A DNA stretch of 64,000 nucleotides from Mytilus edulis. Its lineage: Eukaryota. Below the pieces are notes generated by a model. It saw only the letters and a list, made by a program, of their open reading frames with translations, was not told where the DNA came from and ran no database searches. Positions 51,101 to 64,000 of this stretch are shown here, piece by piece. Each line of letters opens with the position of its first letter. Positions within the stretch are counted from its first letter, which is position 1. A program made the translations under genes and the position numbers. The stretch spans positions 40,858,001-40,922,000 of the forward strand of contig NC_092351.1 of NCBI RefSeq assembly GCF_963676685.1. Reading direction: 5' to 3'.

Positions 51101-53152
51101 ATGCTTTTTAACCTGAACAAAACATATTTTGTCATTTTGTTGTTATTTGTGTATATTCATATCACAAAGATTCAATAAAAAAATGTTCAAAGTTCCCCAA
51201 AATTTTCTTTTCATTTTAAATTTAAAATTCTATTGTATAAATTAAGACAAGACATTATCTTTTTTTTAATATCAAAATAAACTTTTACAAAACATAGAAC
51301 TTTTAGATAAAATATTCACAGAATAAAACAACTTATAAATTTTAAAAATGAAATTGAATAAGATGCAAGGGTATTCATGTTGATGTTCAGTTATTCTATA
51401 AATGTCTGGCGTGAATGGACAGAATTTTTATGGTGGCCTTAAATATGCCCCACTGTTTATATTTAGTCATTCTTCCTAAACAAACAACCCTCAAATAATT
51501 GGCTCTGTAAACACTTACTGGTTGATAAATGACTTATTATAATAACCTATACTCGGATAACATGAAAATCGGCATATGCATGATATGTGAACTCCATACG
51601 CTGAGACAGAGGGATGTCCGTTTTTAAGAAAAGGAAAGTTGACAATGTGAAAACGAAATTTGTCAAGTTTGTTATAGACATTAGTATGAAATCAGTCTGT
51701 TTTAATTTTCAAAAGCAGTGACAGTATATTGTGGCAAAGTTGCGTCACGCTAAAAAAGACTTGCTTGAAGGAGGTCGGATCAAGAGTGTCTAAAAAAAAG
51801 TAAAATCACAAAAAATACTGAAATCCGAGGAAAATTCAAAACGGGAAGTCCCTAATCAAATGGCAAAATCAAATGATAAAACACATCGAACGAATGGACA
51901 ACAACTGTCATATTCCTGACTTGGTACAGGCATTTTCAAATGTAGAAAATGGTGGATTGAACCCGGTTTTATAGCGCTAAACCTCTCATTGTATGACAGT
52001 CGCATCAAATTCCATTATATTTACAACGATTCGTGAACAAAACAGACGTAATAGGTAAATAGTCAAAATATGGGTACAGCAGTCATCACTGTGTCATAAT
52101 CTCAAAACAAACAAATATCTAACAAAAAAGCACAGGAAGCACTTATCAAATTTAAAACCACATGCATTGCTCCGCGTGTTTGGCGTCATAAAATGTAAAC
52201 GTCACATATAGAAATATAAAATAATTTTGCCGTTCAATGTTTTTTTCAAAAAATAAAAAAAAATTCACATAGAGAATGGTGGTATACAGGGTTAGAAAAG
52301 GTATGTTAGAACTTATTTCAGAAAAAGACCGAGATTTTAAATTATCAAGAAGTTCTTTAGAATTTATAAGAATCCACATATGGTTAATACCCCTACGCGA
52401 GTAAAATAATTTTGTTGTTCAAAGTACTTTCAACTTTATAATAGAACAATAACATATTGACATATAATAGAAAGAGAACACATTGGAGGGATCTTTAAAA
52501 GTACAGAGTCACGACATATATAAAGTGTCCACTTGTATTGTTCGCGATGAGTTATTTGTTCATTAAAAAGAAAACTATTTGTTACCTCTTGCATTTGAAT
52601 TTTTAAATCTATATTTTCTCTCATGATTGACAATTGTTGATCAATAATGTTGCCAAAGACAAAGCTGTCAGAGTTTTCAGTGTCTGGTGTTGATGGACAT
52701 GTCAGAGCAGGTGCATTATACTTCTCTTCCGATATAACTTTTTCGACTTCTTTGCTTTCATCTATAGTATTCATAAAATCTGGTAATGGTCCGTCGGATG
52801 TATCAGAAAAGGTAATTTCAGGCAATTTTTCATTCTCGCCCAAAATCTGAATTTCAGACAACACTCGGTTAGTAGAAACGTTGCTATGGTTGTCTACAAG
52901 AAGCTGTTTTTGTTGATCTAAGCATTGGCATTCTATAGGCGATTCTGGTGGTGTTATAGATGTACCTTGGTCTTTGACAATATAATAGTTGGTGCCCCGT
53001 GTGTTTGTTGGACAACTAGCAGCTTTAAATGACCTAGACCTTCTTACTCGTCTTTCCCTCATTTCAAAATATTGGTCAGATGACTTCCAGTAGGCATGAA
53101 TATTTTTTTGCAAAAGATGAAAAATCTGCTTCAAAGTTTCTTCTTTTGACAT
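45180..53152 (-). CDS. Death-fold adaptor-like protein, ~492 aa: low-complexity/coiled coil - Death domain - CARD - Ser/acidic tail; exons 53152-52586, 51112-50887, 50604-50413, 47187-46918, 45403-45180
   Basis: GT-AG introns of phase 0,1,1,1 give 1479 nt with no internal stop. DD: EFCDTIRKTVG|QDFRQIGRELGIEPNKLSNIEDEYSDADECLHQIILEW. CARD: LERNFSMMCEEM..LLPYLISAGVMS..YVLHPKTHDQRICRLLDILKTRENGFDALLCAIDLSDQSHVSALL. Confidence 0.8.
48221..48619 (-). ncRNA. Retrozyme copy with inverted junction; hammerhead with CTGTTGA core variant
   Basis: 48221-48299 is plus-sense (tagacgaaacgcgcgt..actgggtcgatgcca), fused to a minus-sense monomer at 48300-48619. Confidence 0.75.
48741..50218. mobile_element. 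Non-autonomous TIR element with TGT..ACA ends and 4-bp TSD (Ginger-like signature)
   Basis: tgttccgggccatatg / catatggtccggaaca, subterminal gaccatatgagtat repeats, TATT on both flanks. The superfamily is inferred from the ends only. Confidence 0.7.
49566..50100 (+). ncRNA. Retrozyme array (1.5 units) with two mutated hammerheads, inserted inside the TIR element
   Basis: cgtcaCTGATGAgtcttatgtagacGAAACgcgcttc (49686-49722) and gcgtcaCTGTTGAgtcttatgtagacGAAACgcgcGTC (50025-50062). Confidence 0.8.
51795..52400 (-). mobile_element. Internally deleted Penelope-like element in intron 1 of the DD-CARD gene
   Basis: The minus strand encodes GINHMWILINSKELLDNLKSRSFSEIS..LYTTI, a PLE RT N-terminal motif, followed by a UTR-like tail also seen inverted at ~58755-58840. 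Confidence 0.6.
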
Positions 53153-55859
53153 TATTAGTAGTACAGGTGGATTTTATTATACTGAAAAACAAATAAACAA
53201 ATTTATATGCATATAGAAGAAAGAGTGTTATTTGATAATTACCGTTATATCGATTTCCTTAATTTAGATTTTATTTGTTTATATATCAGCCCCTTGAATG
53301 TATATGACTTCTGACATACTTCAGAGCCACTGTTTATTATCAAGATTTTCCAGATACTTGTAGCTAGTATTACGTCCAGGAAAACACCGAAATTGCATTT
53401 TTAGAAAGAAGATGAGGTTAAATAAGCCACAGAAAATCTTTCTATATCATAAAATAAAGTGCGCAAAAGAAGCAACAAGTTATGGTATGATTGCCTTGAT
53501 ACCTTTATTTGTCATTTCTTAATCGGCTTATGAGATTTTGAAAAACGTCGATAAACTACTATCGCCTTATCAAAATATCTCGAGTAAAATTGCCACTTTC
53601 AAACGTTTATAAATTTCATGCGTTTGAAGCGCATACTGGATTTACCTCCATTAGGAACGTTAATACCGAATAATTAAATGGCAAGGTTTGGACCGAAGTA
53701 CTGACTACTGAGCTGATTATACCCTCGAAGATTGATAGTTATAAAATTTCTAACAACTGATGTTTGTCTGGAAAACATTTTAATGGTGTTTTTTTTTAAA
53801 TAACATTAGGGTAAAGTAAACCACTGAAATTCTACCCTTTCTACATTAAAAAGAGGGGAAACATAAATCAAAAAGAGAGGTGTCGAGTTATATTAAGATG
53901 TACAAACGCTATTTGAGATTTCCAAAAATGACCGCCTTGAATATGGGAATTACAGAAATGTGGGGGAAAAATGTTTCAAATTGAACTTTAACCTATAAAA
54001 ACGTGACCTGTCATTTATAAAGATATTTACATGTAGTTAGTGTTTGCACATTGAGATTTGTCTGCCGTGCAATGAAAACTGCAAGCTTGGGCGACCTTAG
54101 CTCATACTGCTCGCATAGTAACTGCAATCATACTTTTTTTTAAATTATGTGCCACCGATTTAAAAAAAAAAAGGAGATGAAAGAGATGCGAAAGATATCA
54201 AATGGCTATTCAAACTCATTAGTCACGTATAAACTGTCAACGCAATGACTGAAAATAGAAAAATACCATCAGTTGAACAAAAATACTCAAAACAAAACAT
54301 AAAATACTAAAGACTGAGCTACACAAACACCCCACCTAAACTGTGGGCTTCGGAAGGATAAGCAGACCCTGATCCAGATCAATAGAGGCATCATCAGATA
54401 ATAACTTATGAATTTTTGTTTCCAAGGGAAACACGGCAGAATCCATATTTGGAGCAGTAACTAATTAATCCGAAGCATTTAATTGCAGAGTGTTTTATGG
54501 AAATATTTGTCCTTTCGTAATTATTTGTTTGAGATAAAGGCATTCTTTATGGTCATAAACACAACTCATATGACCTACCTATTCAAGAATATTAAACAAA
54601 TTTGAATGATTTTAAATTACCTAGAAATTTTGTATATTGGAATTGTTCTAAATAAATACAGTACACACAAAAATAAACTGACTTTGTTTACATATGAATA
54701 ATATATATCAATTTATTAATGAAGTTATGAGCTTGAAATGAAATAAAGTTCTTTTCAGCATAACACATCTACTGTTAACCATGTTAACAGTTTGGACGAA
54801 AATGATTTAATAATCTAAAAGGTAAGATCACAAAATTACGCCGAGGAAAATGTTATATATTTTGTACATGTAGAACCATTTATATATCCAGAGGAAATCA
54901 ACTTCTCATTGAAAATGTGGTTTCAAACATTGAGACATATTTGAACTAAAATACATCAACGTCTAGCAAAACAATACAAAGAAAATGACTTTTAAACAAT
55001 GAAAAACGGAACATTTAATATACAGTTTGTTTAGAAGTTTTGCCCCAATTTAGATTGACCATTTTAACTATTTTCAAGAGACGTCAAAATGAAGTGTTAA
55101 ATCATGATTCGTAGCTGCAAGTAGAGTCTTTTTTAATATGGTATGTTATCTTCACGGGTCAAAGACACAGAAGTTATAATAAAAGGGAACAGAGGCAACA
55201 TTTACAGATATAAGAGAACATTATGCCAAGTTTTGGAAAGGTAAGTTCAACGTGCGTCTGGCTTACTAAATTATAATCCTGGTACATTTGATAACTATTT
55301 ACAGAATCATAGGATTATTAATATTCTAAACCTTTGTGTTTCCTCAGTTATATATTCTTACATTAATCATGAATGTGTTCACTTGTTACATAGTTGGAAT
55401 CCAGACCTATTGTACACGTTTGTATTTGCGGAAATAGAATATTTGTCTTAAAGTATGTCTTGTGTAGAAAGTACTTCTCAAATGGACGATTATCACTTTT
55501 TTTCTCTTATAATCATATTAGATTCTTGTTGTATTGCTATATGGTTTAGACATAGCAAATGATTTTAGTTCGCATATAAAGCTTTTAATTATATATAAAA
55601 CTTCCGAATTCATTTCCTAGGGTCCATTTTGACCTTTTTAATTAAACCATTTGACTATTTGCAATTTGAATATTTTAATTAAAAAGTAAGCACTTCTATC
55701 TCATCAATTGAATTTAAAAATTTAGTTTTGTATTTAAACGTGGAACATACTGCTAAATACTTATTAAGAATGTTTAATAATCAATTTTAAGTGATACATT
55801 GCCAATTGTGGTTGTATTGTCGTGAACACATCAGAAAAATAAGAAAAAAAAAAATATAA

Positions 55860-56200
55860 ACAAACAAAAACATAAACAAATACAAATTAAAGACACAATT
55901 TCGTAAAGTTTTATACTAAATAATACATACCAGCTGATCAAGTAGTTCTACCCTTAAATAAAAAGGACAACTAAACCTAAATTTTTCAAAAAAGTCAATA
56001 TAAATTCGGTGAAATAGTTACTTACGTACAATATGAACTTTGATATATATATATACTAGTATTACGGATGGATATATATATAATCAGGAAGTGTTCCTGT
56101 AAAATGAAAAGTCCCATCTAAATTATTGAACCCAAACAAAAGATGTAAACTTTTACAAATGTTTCCTGATCAAAAGGCCATACTTTGATTTTAAACCATT
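55860..56200 (-). promoter_or_regulatory. Putative non-coding first exon/promoter of the DD-CARD gene with ETS, IRF-like and kappaB-like motifs
   Basis: Homologous to ~40915-41215 upstream of the paralog (actagtattacgg.tgg; gtaaacttt..aaatgtttcct). Minus-strand donor GTAAG at 56025-56021; CAGGAAGT 56085-56092; AAAATGAAA 56101-56109; GGGACTTTTC (-) 56115-56106. Confidence 0.45.
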
Positions 56201-59200
56201 TAAATGTTTGCACTATATTCATCACTACAGTGTACAAATATAAAATTAAAATGGTTTGTAAGGTTTTATTCTACAGCTTTACACATGGTAAACGGTATTA
56301 ACTGATCTCACTGATTAATATCATATACGCGTTCATTATAACACTATGTGTTTTATAATCTAATATATATGCAAATTGTGTTTGATTGTTAAAAAAACCA
56401 AGATAGAAACAAGTTGCGGGTAATATATTTCGTCTGTTTTAAGAGAGACAGAAGTATATTTAAAAAAAATTATTTTTACAGATAAAACACAACTTGTCCG
56501 AGTTTGTCCTACTTTTTCGTCCTTTGTAGCTATATCAACCCTTGAACGTTTGCATCAAGTTTTTGACTTTCAAATATTTTCGCCCCGAGCATCGGAGAAA
56601 GAAAACATCTCAATTTCGAAACCATTTAGCTGTTCTACCTGAAATATTTTAGGCATTTATTTTTTACAAAGAAACATTATTTCTTAAGTGCAAGTAAAGT
56701 TTTCATGAGGTTATCGAAAAATTACACACAAAAAGACAAATAAACAACAGTACACAAAACACAGAATAGAAAAATAAATACTGAGAAACACGGATCTTAC
56801 CAACACACACTGGAATGATTAGCAGATTCTGCTCTACATGTGGTACCCATAGTTTTTTAAATGCAAATTCATACCCGGTTTTTCCTAAATTTTTGCAGAA
56901 AACGCTTTTGTATATTCTAAATCTCTCTGTATTACGACAATTATTTGAAGAAAAAAAAACGACATAGTAAATCCAACATTTCATACCTCTTCTATCATAA
57001 AGGAATTATTAGCTCACCAATAGTAAAGTTGATTGGCACGAAAATCTTTGCTGAATCTTTCATTACAAAACTAATATGGAAAATATTTATTCAAACTAAT
57101 GTGGATACACCCGTGACGAAAAAAGGGTATTCCTCCAATTCACCATGCTATATGTAGAAAAGGGAAATAAATGACTGTAAAACTTATATTTGCCTGCTAA
57201 CAAGTGAAGCAACGCAAACAGCACTGCATCTTAATACCAGAGGGACAATAAAACTCATAGATCGAAAACAAACTCCATGGCATAAAATGAAAAAAGGCAA
57301 ACAGACAAACAACAGCACACACGACACAACATAGTAAATTAAAGAATAAGCAACACAAACCCTACCAAAAAACTGATTTGTGGCATGTCGTTCACTTCCA
57401 AGAATAATGATCGCAGTTAACGCTAATACATTTAAAGCTGAAGCCGAATCGGTTCAACACGAAATGATGGATTGCGTTCATAAATTCAAAGTTATCCCAT
57501 ATAGCGTGCCCTAAATTGCTGGGTGTTCGAAAAGACTTAAATTACTAAAAAACACTGAAAGTACGAAATTATAAGGTCGCTCATTTGTTACTACTGGCAT
57601 GCTTCGAACAATAGTAATTGAAGTATACAGTATACTGAGTACTTGTTCAATTGCAAATACTTCAACAGACGTAACCAATCCATCACCTTTTACGTCATCC
57701 GTTCACCAAATGGAAGGATATTATATTCGTTTCAACATCAAATGGATGATATTGAAAACAATTCTTATTATAAATCATGTAACAAAAAACTATGGAGTTA
57801 ACATAACCTATTGAACATATTCCTGCACATTAACGTTGTAGAAATGAATATGCAGCATCCTAACTAGATTTGCACCATGCGACTGGTTATAATATTCAAA
57901 CTATAAAAGTAGAAGACATCGTACAAGTTCACAACGATTTACAAGGAGATAAGCAGTTGTAAAGGGTTTGATTAATGAAAAGGATGGACTTATACGAACT
58001 GCTATAGACAAAACAGACACGGGTTTAAAAACCGATCAAATGGTGAATTGTATACGGTGGAAATAGAAAAAAAATAATGATTTCATTCTTTTCATTCCCG
58101 CCGGAAGTGATATTCATATTTTATTTAACTAGGCAGGATACTTACTTTTTAGTTTAAAATAGTGCTTTTGGAGTACAGAAACTGTTTAATTTATTGTTAC
58201 ACTGGTGGTAACTTTTAATGAAATATAATGACAGAGGAGCAATGATAAGGACACTTGTGATTTTAGTTATAATATAACAATGCAAGTATCGTACTACAGA
58301 GACAGTAACAGTAGAACTGTTTTCTTTTAGATTGTATTTTTTCTTTATTTCTTAGTAATTTAAATTTTGTTGCAATTGGTTCATAGAATGTTGAGAATTG
58401 CAGGACCACTAAATGAAACTATATATGCCAACGTCACGTTACTGTAACTATGTCATCTTCATTTTAAAATAAAATATTGAACTGTACAGATACATTTCCA
58501 TTAACATTCCAAAATTCTCATAAAAACTCGAAGTACACAACTCAAAACCTAACAACTTAGACAATACCAAGTTTCAGTGAAAAGGGATGAAAGGCATACA
58601 TCAATTTAGCAAGAGCGTTATTAACCTCGATTATAATTCAAACTACATTTCTATAAGCATCATTTGTTAGCAATCGGGTGATCTTGCCGGGTGGTGTTTT
58701 TTTAAACAAATTTCCATCGTAAATACTCATTCTATGTTTTAGGCAATAACAATCGATTACCATTCGTTTAATGTGTTTGAGCTTCGAATTTTGCCATTTT
58801 ATTAGGGACTTTCCGTTTTGACTGTTACTTGGATTTTTTTGGTGATTTATCACATTGAAATACATGTACAAGAAAAATTCTTCTAAAACATTTATGAGAT
58901 AATATTATAGAATATGCAATCCTGATTTTCAATCTTATTATAAAATTGTAATGCTCGGCAAAAGAGAGAAACAAATATGCATAAGTTTCTTTTAAATTGA
59001 TGAACAGTTTTTTTTTAATTTTTCGTGGTAAAAATGTGATTAAACGGATAACTTCCTACTTTTATAAAGTTAATATAATAAATTACTTACCAAGTGACTT
59101 GAATTTTTCATATACCGAAAACAAATGTTGTTTGTTTTGTCTTACGCAACTACAGTAACATTTTTTTTTTATATTTTATTATATTTGACGATGATTACTA

Positions 59201-61003
59201 TTGTTTATATCTCGATAAGTGAGTTTAATGTAGTGTTATGTAGCCTTATAATTGAACCGTTGGGCGTTGTTATGCATAGACGAATGATAAAGGAATATCC
59301 GACTTAGATAATTGTAATTCAGTGGTTGTCGTTGTGTTACATAATTGGTTTTCGTTCATTTTTTGTACATAAATTAAGCCGTTAGTTTTCTCGTTCAAAT
59401 TGTTTTGGATTTTTCATTTAGGGGCCTTTTATAGCTGACTATGCGGTGAGGGTTTTTGTTAATTTCTGTACCATTTGGTATCTTGTGGAAAGTTGTCTCA
59501 TTGATTAATAGAAATAAGATACACTTCCCTCAATTCTATGCAGAAAAATTTAAATGTGGACGGTGATTAGGCAGATTTTGCATATCTTAAGTTTTTTTTT
59601 TGGCACACAAAACACCTTTATTGTCAGCATTTCCCAAAAGAAGACGTCCATTTGGTCTGTTTTTCAATTGTACAATCCTCACACCCCTTAATGAAGATAA
59701 AATGAATATGCATTATCAATATTTGAGTGTACTTAAGTGATCTGTTGTATATCAACCATCAAATTCCCATTCACACTATACCATGTATTTGAAATACATG
59801 TACTACAATGTGTTTTAAGATTACTACTGAAATAATAAGAATTGTCAGAAATTATGTTATTCTATATGAGTGTATTGTTCAATTTATCAATGCTTTACAA
59901 AAGCAAGTTAGCACATGGAAGTAATTAATTTTGTAGTCATTTGAAACCCAGAAGTTCATTAATAGGTTAATTATAGATCATTATTGATCGGTAGCATATG
60001 CCAAAACAGATATAAATATCATTTTTTTGTAAAATATTTTATAGTCTCAATTGCACGAAGTTGTGTTAAATGACCGCCCTACCCAAGTAATACTTTCACT
60101 TGAATTGTCGTCGTTTCGATTTTAAAAAGTTATTATTGCGTCGATTTAACCAGTCCTAGTTACACAGTTCTTTTTAGAAATACATGTACAGTAATTTTAT
60201 TGACGTTCAAACCGAACAATGGGCGAGTTCGTGTTGTTTATTTAATTAACTTCTACGGTGATCGTATTGATAAACACATTTTCTTAAACGGTCAACTTGT
60301 TCATCTTGCGTGCAGATATGTGAGCGTGCTCAGAAAGGTTTTTTGAAATTCTGTTTCCGACATAGAAATACTTGGAAATAGTAAGGAATACAGGAAGAAA
60401 ACAGTTGTCATCGTAAGTAAATCTCGCTCCCGTTCATTCTTTTTCTCATCTTTACAAGATTTTGTAACTACTTCACCTCAAGTTGCCAAAATATTTTACT
60501 GGAAACTAGATATTTAAATAATCGTGATTTGAAGCACACAAAATAAATACTTATGACTCAGAGGGTAAATTTCTTAGTTCTGTCAAATTAAAGAGAATAT
60601 TTTTTCAATCCGTTTTAATATAAAAATGGGTGTAACATACTTTGTGTCGGTGTTATAACACGATGAACACATGGAATGTTGTTAATAAGAAATGAGATGT
60701 AATCAGTCGAGAAGCAGGAATCATCGGTGATGTTAATTAATCATTGGCTTCCATTTTACTATCATTGACACACATTGTGTGATAGATGTCCCATAACTAA
60801 ACTGTCCTACATTTGTTATTTGTTGCCGGGTTTAGGGAGATTTTGTACAAATAAACTCATCATAGATACCAGGATTGAAATTTTATATTTGCACAAGACG
60901 CGCATTTCGTCTACAAAAGACTTATCAGTTAAGAGTGTGACCTAGTCGAAATGGAGAATGAAAAGGCATAGCAATGAACATTCATCTTATTCGTTGCTTT
61001 CTC

Positions 61004-61345
61004 AAAGAGGGACGACAGATACCAGAGGGACAATTAAAGTCATTAATCGAAAATAAACTGACAACGCCACGGCTAAAAATGAAAAAGACAAACAGACAAA
61101 CAAAAGTACACATGACACAACATAGAAAGCTAAAGAGTAAGCAACACGAACCCTACCAAAAACTGGGGGTAATTTAAGGTGCTCCGGAAGGGTAAGCAAA
61201 TCCTGCTCCACATGTGTTACCCGTCGTGTTGCTCATGTTATAACAAATCCGGTAAATAGTTTAATTTGGTAGGTCACATTCATGAAAGGGAAGGGGATTG
61301 TAGTTACGACGTAAGAAACATATCCGATATCATTTGTAAAAATTT
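61004..61345. repeat. Dispersed repeat family (gagggacga.agataccagaggga..), retroelement-tail-like
   Basis: Partial copies at ~6525-6650, 44715-44782 (inverted), 54180-54370, 56725-56850, 57232-57375 and 63577-63682. Confidence 0.7.
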
Positions 61346-63682
61346 CAACTGCACCATTTGGAACTCAAAGATATACGGAACTGATTTGATGATAATTAAC
61401 AACTTGTTCTACTTAACCCTCTTTTTTTTTTTATTAAGTATCAATCTTAATGAATTATATGTATTTCGACAAGACTACATGTTTTTCTTCATTTTAAGTA
61501 TTTGACTTTCAATCAATACAAACAACGGTAAAGGCAGATGCCAGCAATCAATATCTGTCAAAGCCGATGTCGACCCGTTTTACCGCGACACGTCAACCAG
61601 ACGTTATTAAGCATTGTCATTTGCGAAACCAGCGTTGGAAAAAAATCATACAACAAAGTTTCTAGTATATTCTGTACTTAAACGCCACAGACTATATTGC
61701 AAAAGAAATATTAAGGTTTATAGATGGAATCGCGTCATGACCAAAACAAACTGCAAATGACTTGACTACAGTTTCGCTGATGATAGACAACACATTTACT
61801 GATGTGTTCATGACGTTTTCAAACAACAACCTTTTGAAATCCGGTGTTGGTATGTTACACGTTGTGTGTGAATTTTTGTTTTCATGGGTATTGTGTTGTA
61901 GAAAAAGTGTAAATAACCTTCCATTCCTCGCTCGCTTACTTAAACATGTTAAAGTACATCTTAAAGGAATATGTAGATTAATGCATTTTAAAGAATTTCA
62001 TCGAATTTAGTAACGGTTTTCTATTCATTTACGTTTCCCAAGTGTTGTACCCAATTACAAGAACCCGCAGGCAAAGTTTAAGATCAAGCTGAACATCTAC
62101 TCACTTAACGATGTATTTATGAACAGTATAATAACTATATAACTTCATTGATGTTTGAAGTCAATAGATACGCACGTCTTCCTTATAATGGTATTGAAAG
62201 GATATTTATTTGTGTGTTTAAGTGATATTCAGGAGAGTCAAAACACCTAGTATTTATGCATATATGTTAATGTATTATATATGTGTTTCTCGTTTGATAA
62301 ATATTGGATGAAGTATCATCTTAGAAAAGTGAAATGGTACAACTAGAATGAATTTTCAGGTACGTAACATTCTAGTATAGGTTATATAGCAAATACCGGT
62401 GTGCTCGATTTAAGTCATATTAACAACAATATGATTCTATATGTTAAACCGTTTTATTCGATGAAATAAGATGAAAAAAGAACACAGAATTTAATGCACA
62501 ACATTTTGTCGTTCCCTTTGCTAAATAGAACAAACAAAACTTGTATACAGTTTATAAAATAGCAATAGGAGCAAACTGAAAATAAGTTCATTCTACCCTA
62601 TTATCAGAAAGGAAGCAAAAAAGTTTTAGAAACGTTTAGTATATTTTTGAACTTAAGTGGAAAGCAGTCTACCTCTGAATTTCATTTAAACTTTTATTTC
62701 AAGATTAACGCCGTTAATTTACACTGCCGATATAACTATTACATTTACCACTGGACAGTGAACGCATTCGATTATGTTACGCGTTTCCGTTGAAAATTGA
62801 TTACTCTCGCCATTATTAAACACGAGCTTTCAGTTTTGACTTGTAGAAATAATTCGTCTACAAATCAGCCCAACAAGGTTAGACCTGTAAATTTGTTTCG
62901 CAAATTTTATAAGTATATATATACATATCAATATGCAACAAATGATTTTTGCTGTACAATTTCAAAATATTTCAAGGAAATCATATCTTAAACGGCAAAA
63001 TCAAAATAAAATAATTAAGTGAAATATATTTTCTCTTACTTTCATTATTGTATAATTTTAATATGTACAATATTACAATATAATTCACTGACTCACAAAC
63101 AGTTGACACATTTGATATTTTGTAGATACACAGAAGAGCCAAGAGAATTGATGGAAAATATTCGTTTTTATTCATTTTGATACTATCTGTGACAAAAATT
63201 CATCCAACATTTGAATAATCTGCTCAATCGGAAAACAAATTGATGATGATATTGATGAATTTTAGTGAATACGATACTATATTTTAAAAGATGGTATTAC
63301 GACTCACAAATAAAGCGGTTTGGTAATATTGAGATTAATGTATCTAGTATTCATTTCATTACTACACTCCCAGTTTAAAAAATCCAGAATCAGTCGTTTT
63401 AGTAAGATTTCATCTTCATTCATATCGCGTGACGTCCTCTAAAATTATTCCCATGGGTGAACACTTTTTAAAAAAAGTACCTATTAAAATTTCAAAAGGG
63501 CATAACTTCCGAATGAATGAAGACGAACAATAGAAAATAACTTTCCATTCCTGAAAAATAATGGAGAGTTTGACCAAAAGAAGGACAAAAGATACCTGAG
63601 GGAAAGTCAAATTCATAGATTGAAAATAAACTGACAACACCATGGCAAAAAATAGACAAATAACAGTACAGAAGACACAACA

Positions 63683-63944
63683 TATTCTATATTCATAAGA
63701 ATCAGATATCATTTTAAATAAAACATCATATATTCAGTAAAATATGTGTGAAATAACAATATGCTATTGATAAGTTTCCATGGGAAGATAACCTAAAATA
63801 TTATTCCTCTGAATAAAAACTTTTTGAAAGAAAAAATGATTATCTCCCCATAGAAACTTCCTACAAACATATTGCAATTTTACACATATTTTACTGAATA
63901 TGAAATGTTTTCACATCATGTCTGATTCTTATGAATATAGAATA
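63683..63944. mobile_element. Foldback MITE with long imperfect TIRs
   Basis: tattctatattcataagaatcaga..atattcagtaaaatatgtgt / acacatattttactgaatat..tctgattcttatgaatatagaata. Confidence 0.75.
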
Positions 63945-64000
63945 CTTTTAGAAAGAAATCTGTATGAAAGCTTAGTTTGGACATTTTTATAGCCATTCAA

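Noticed and set aside
60300-60420. Possible first exon of a plus-strand gene (GTAAGT at ~60413)
   Set aside because: Only a donor-like motif; no downstream coding exon identifiable in the window.

Overview
AT-rich, intron- and repeat-rich animal DNA. The repeat families (Helentron/HINE elements with internal satellites, hammerhead retrozymes, Penelope-like RT) point to a bivalve, probably Mytilus; this is inference. Host genes: (1) a single-coding-exon egghead/bre-3 GT2 mannosyltransferase (214-1602, -); (2) an apparently intact five-exon gene (53152->45180, -) for a ~492-aa protein with coiled coil, Death domain and CARD; (3) a pseudogenised tandem paralog of (2) (38574->~35557) that lacks the DD exon. 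The most unusual signal is missed by the ORF track: a spliced 6-7 exon P-loop ATPase of SF3/DUF927 (phage/plasmid replicative helicase) type on + (20464-30728). It lies head-to-head with a second, spliced and decayed gene on - (~13953-15085), and I interpret the pair as the remains of an unclassified large mobile or viral-like element. The rest is layered transposons: a Penelope-like RT and its UTR relics, a degenerate Academ, four Helentron-type elements (one nested), ~350-bp hammerhead retrozyme arrays, and several MITEs with readable TSDs. All splice models and coordinates were read by eye; no database search was run.
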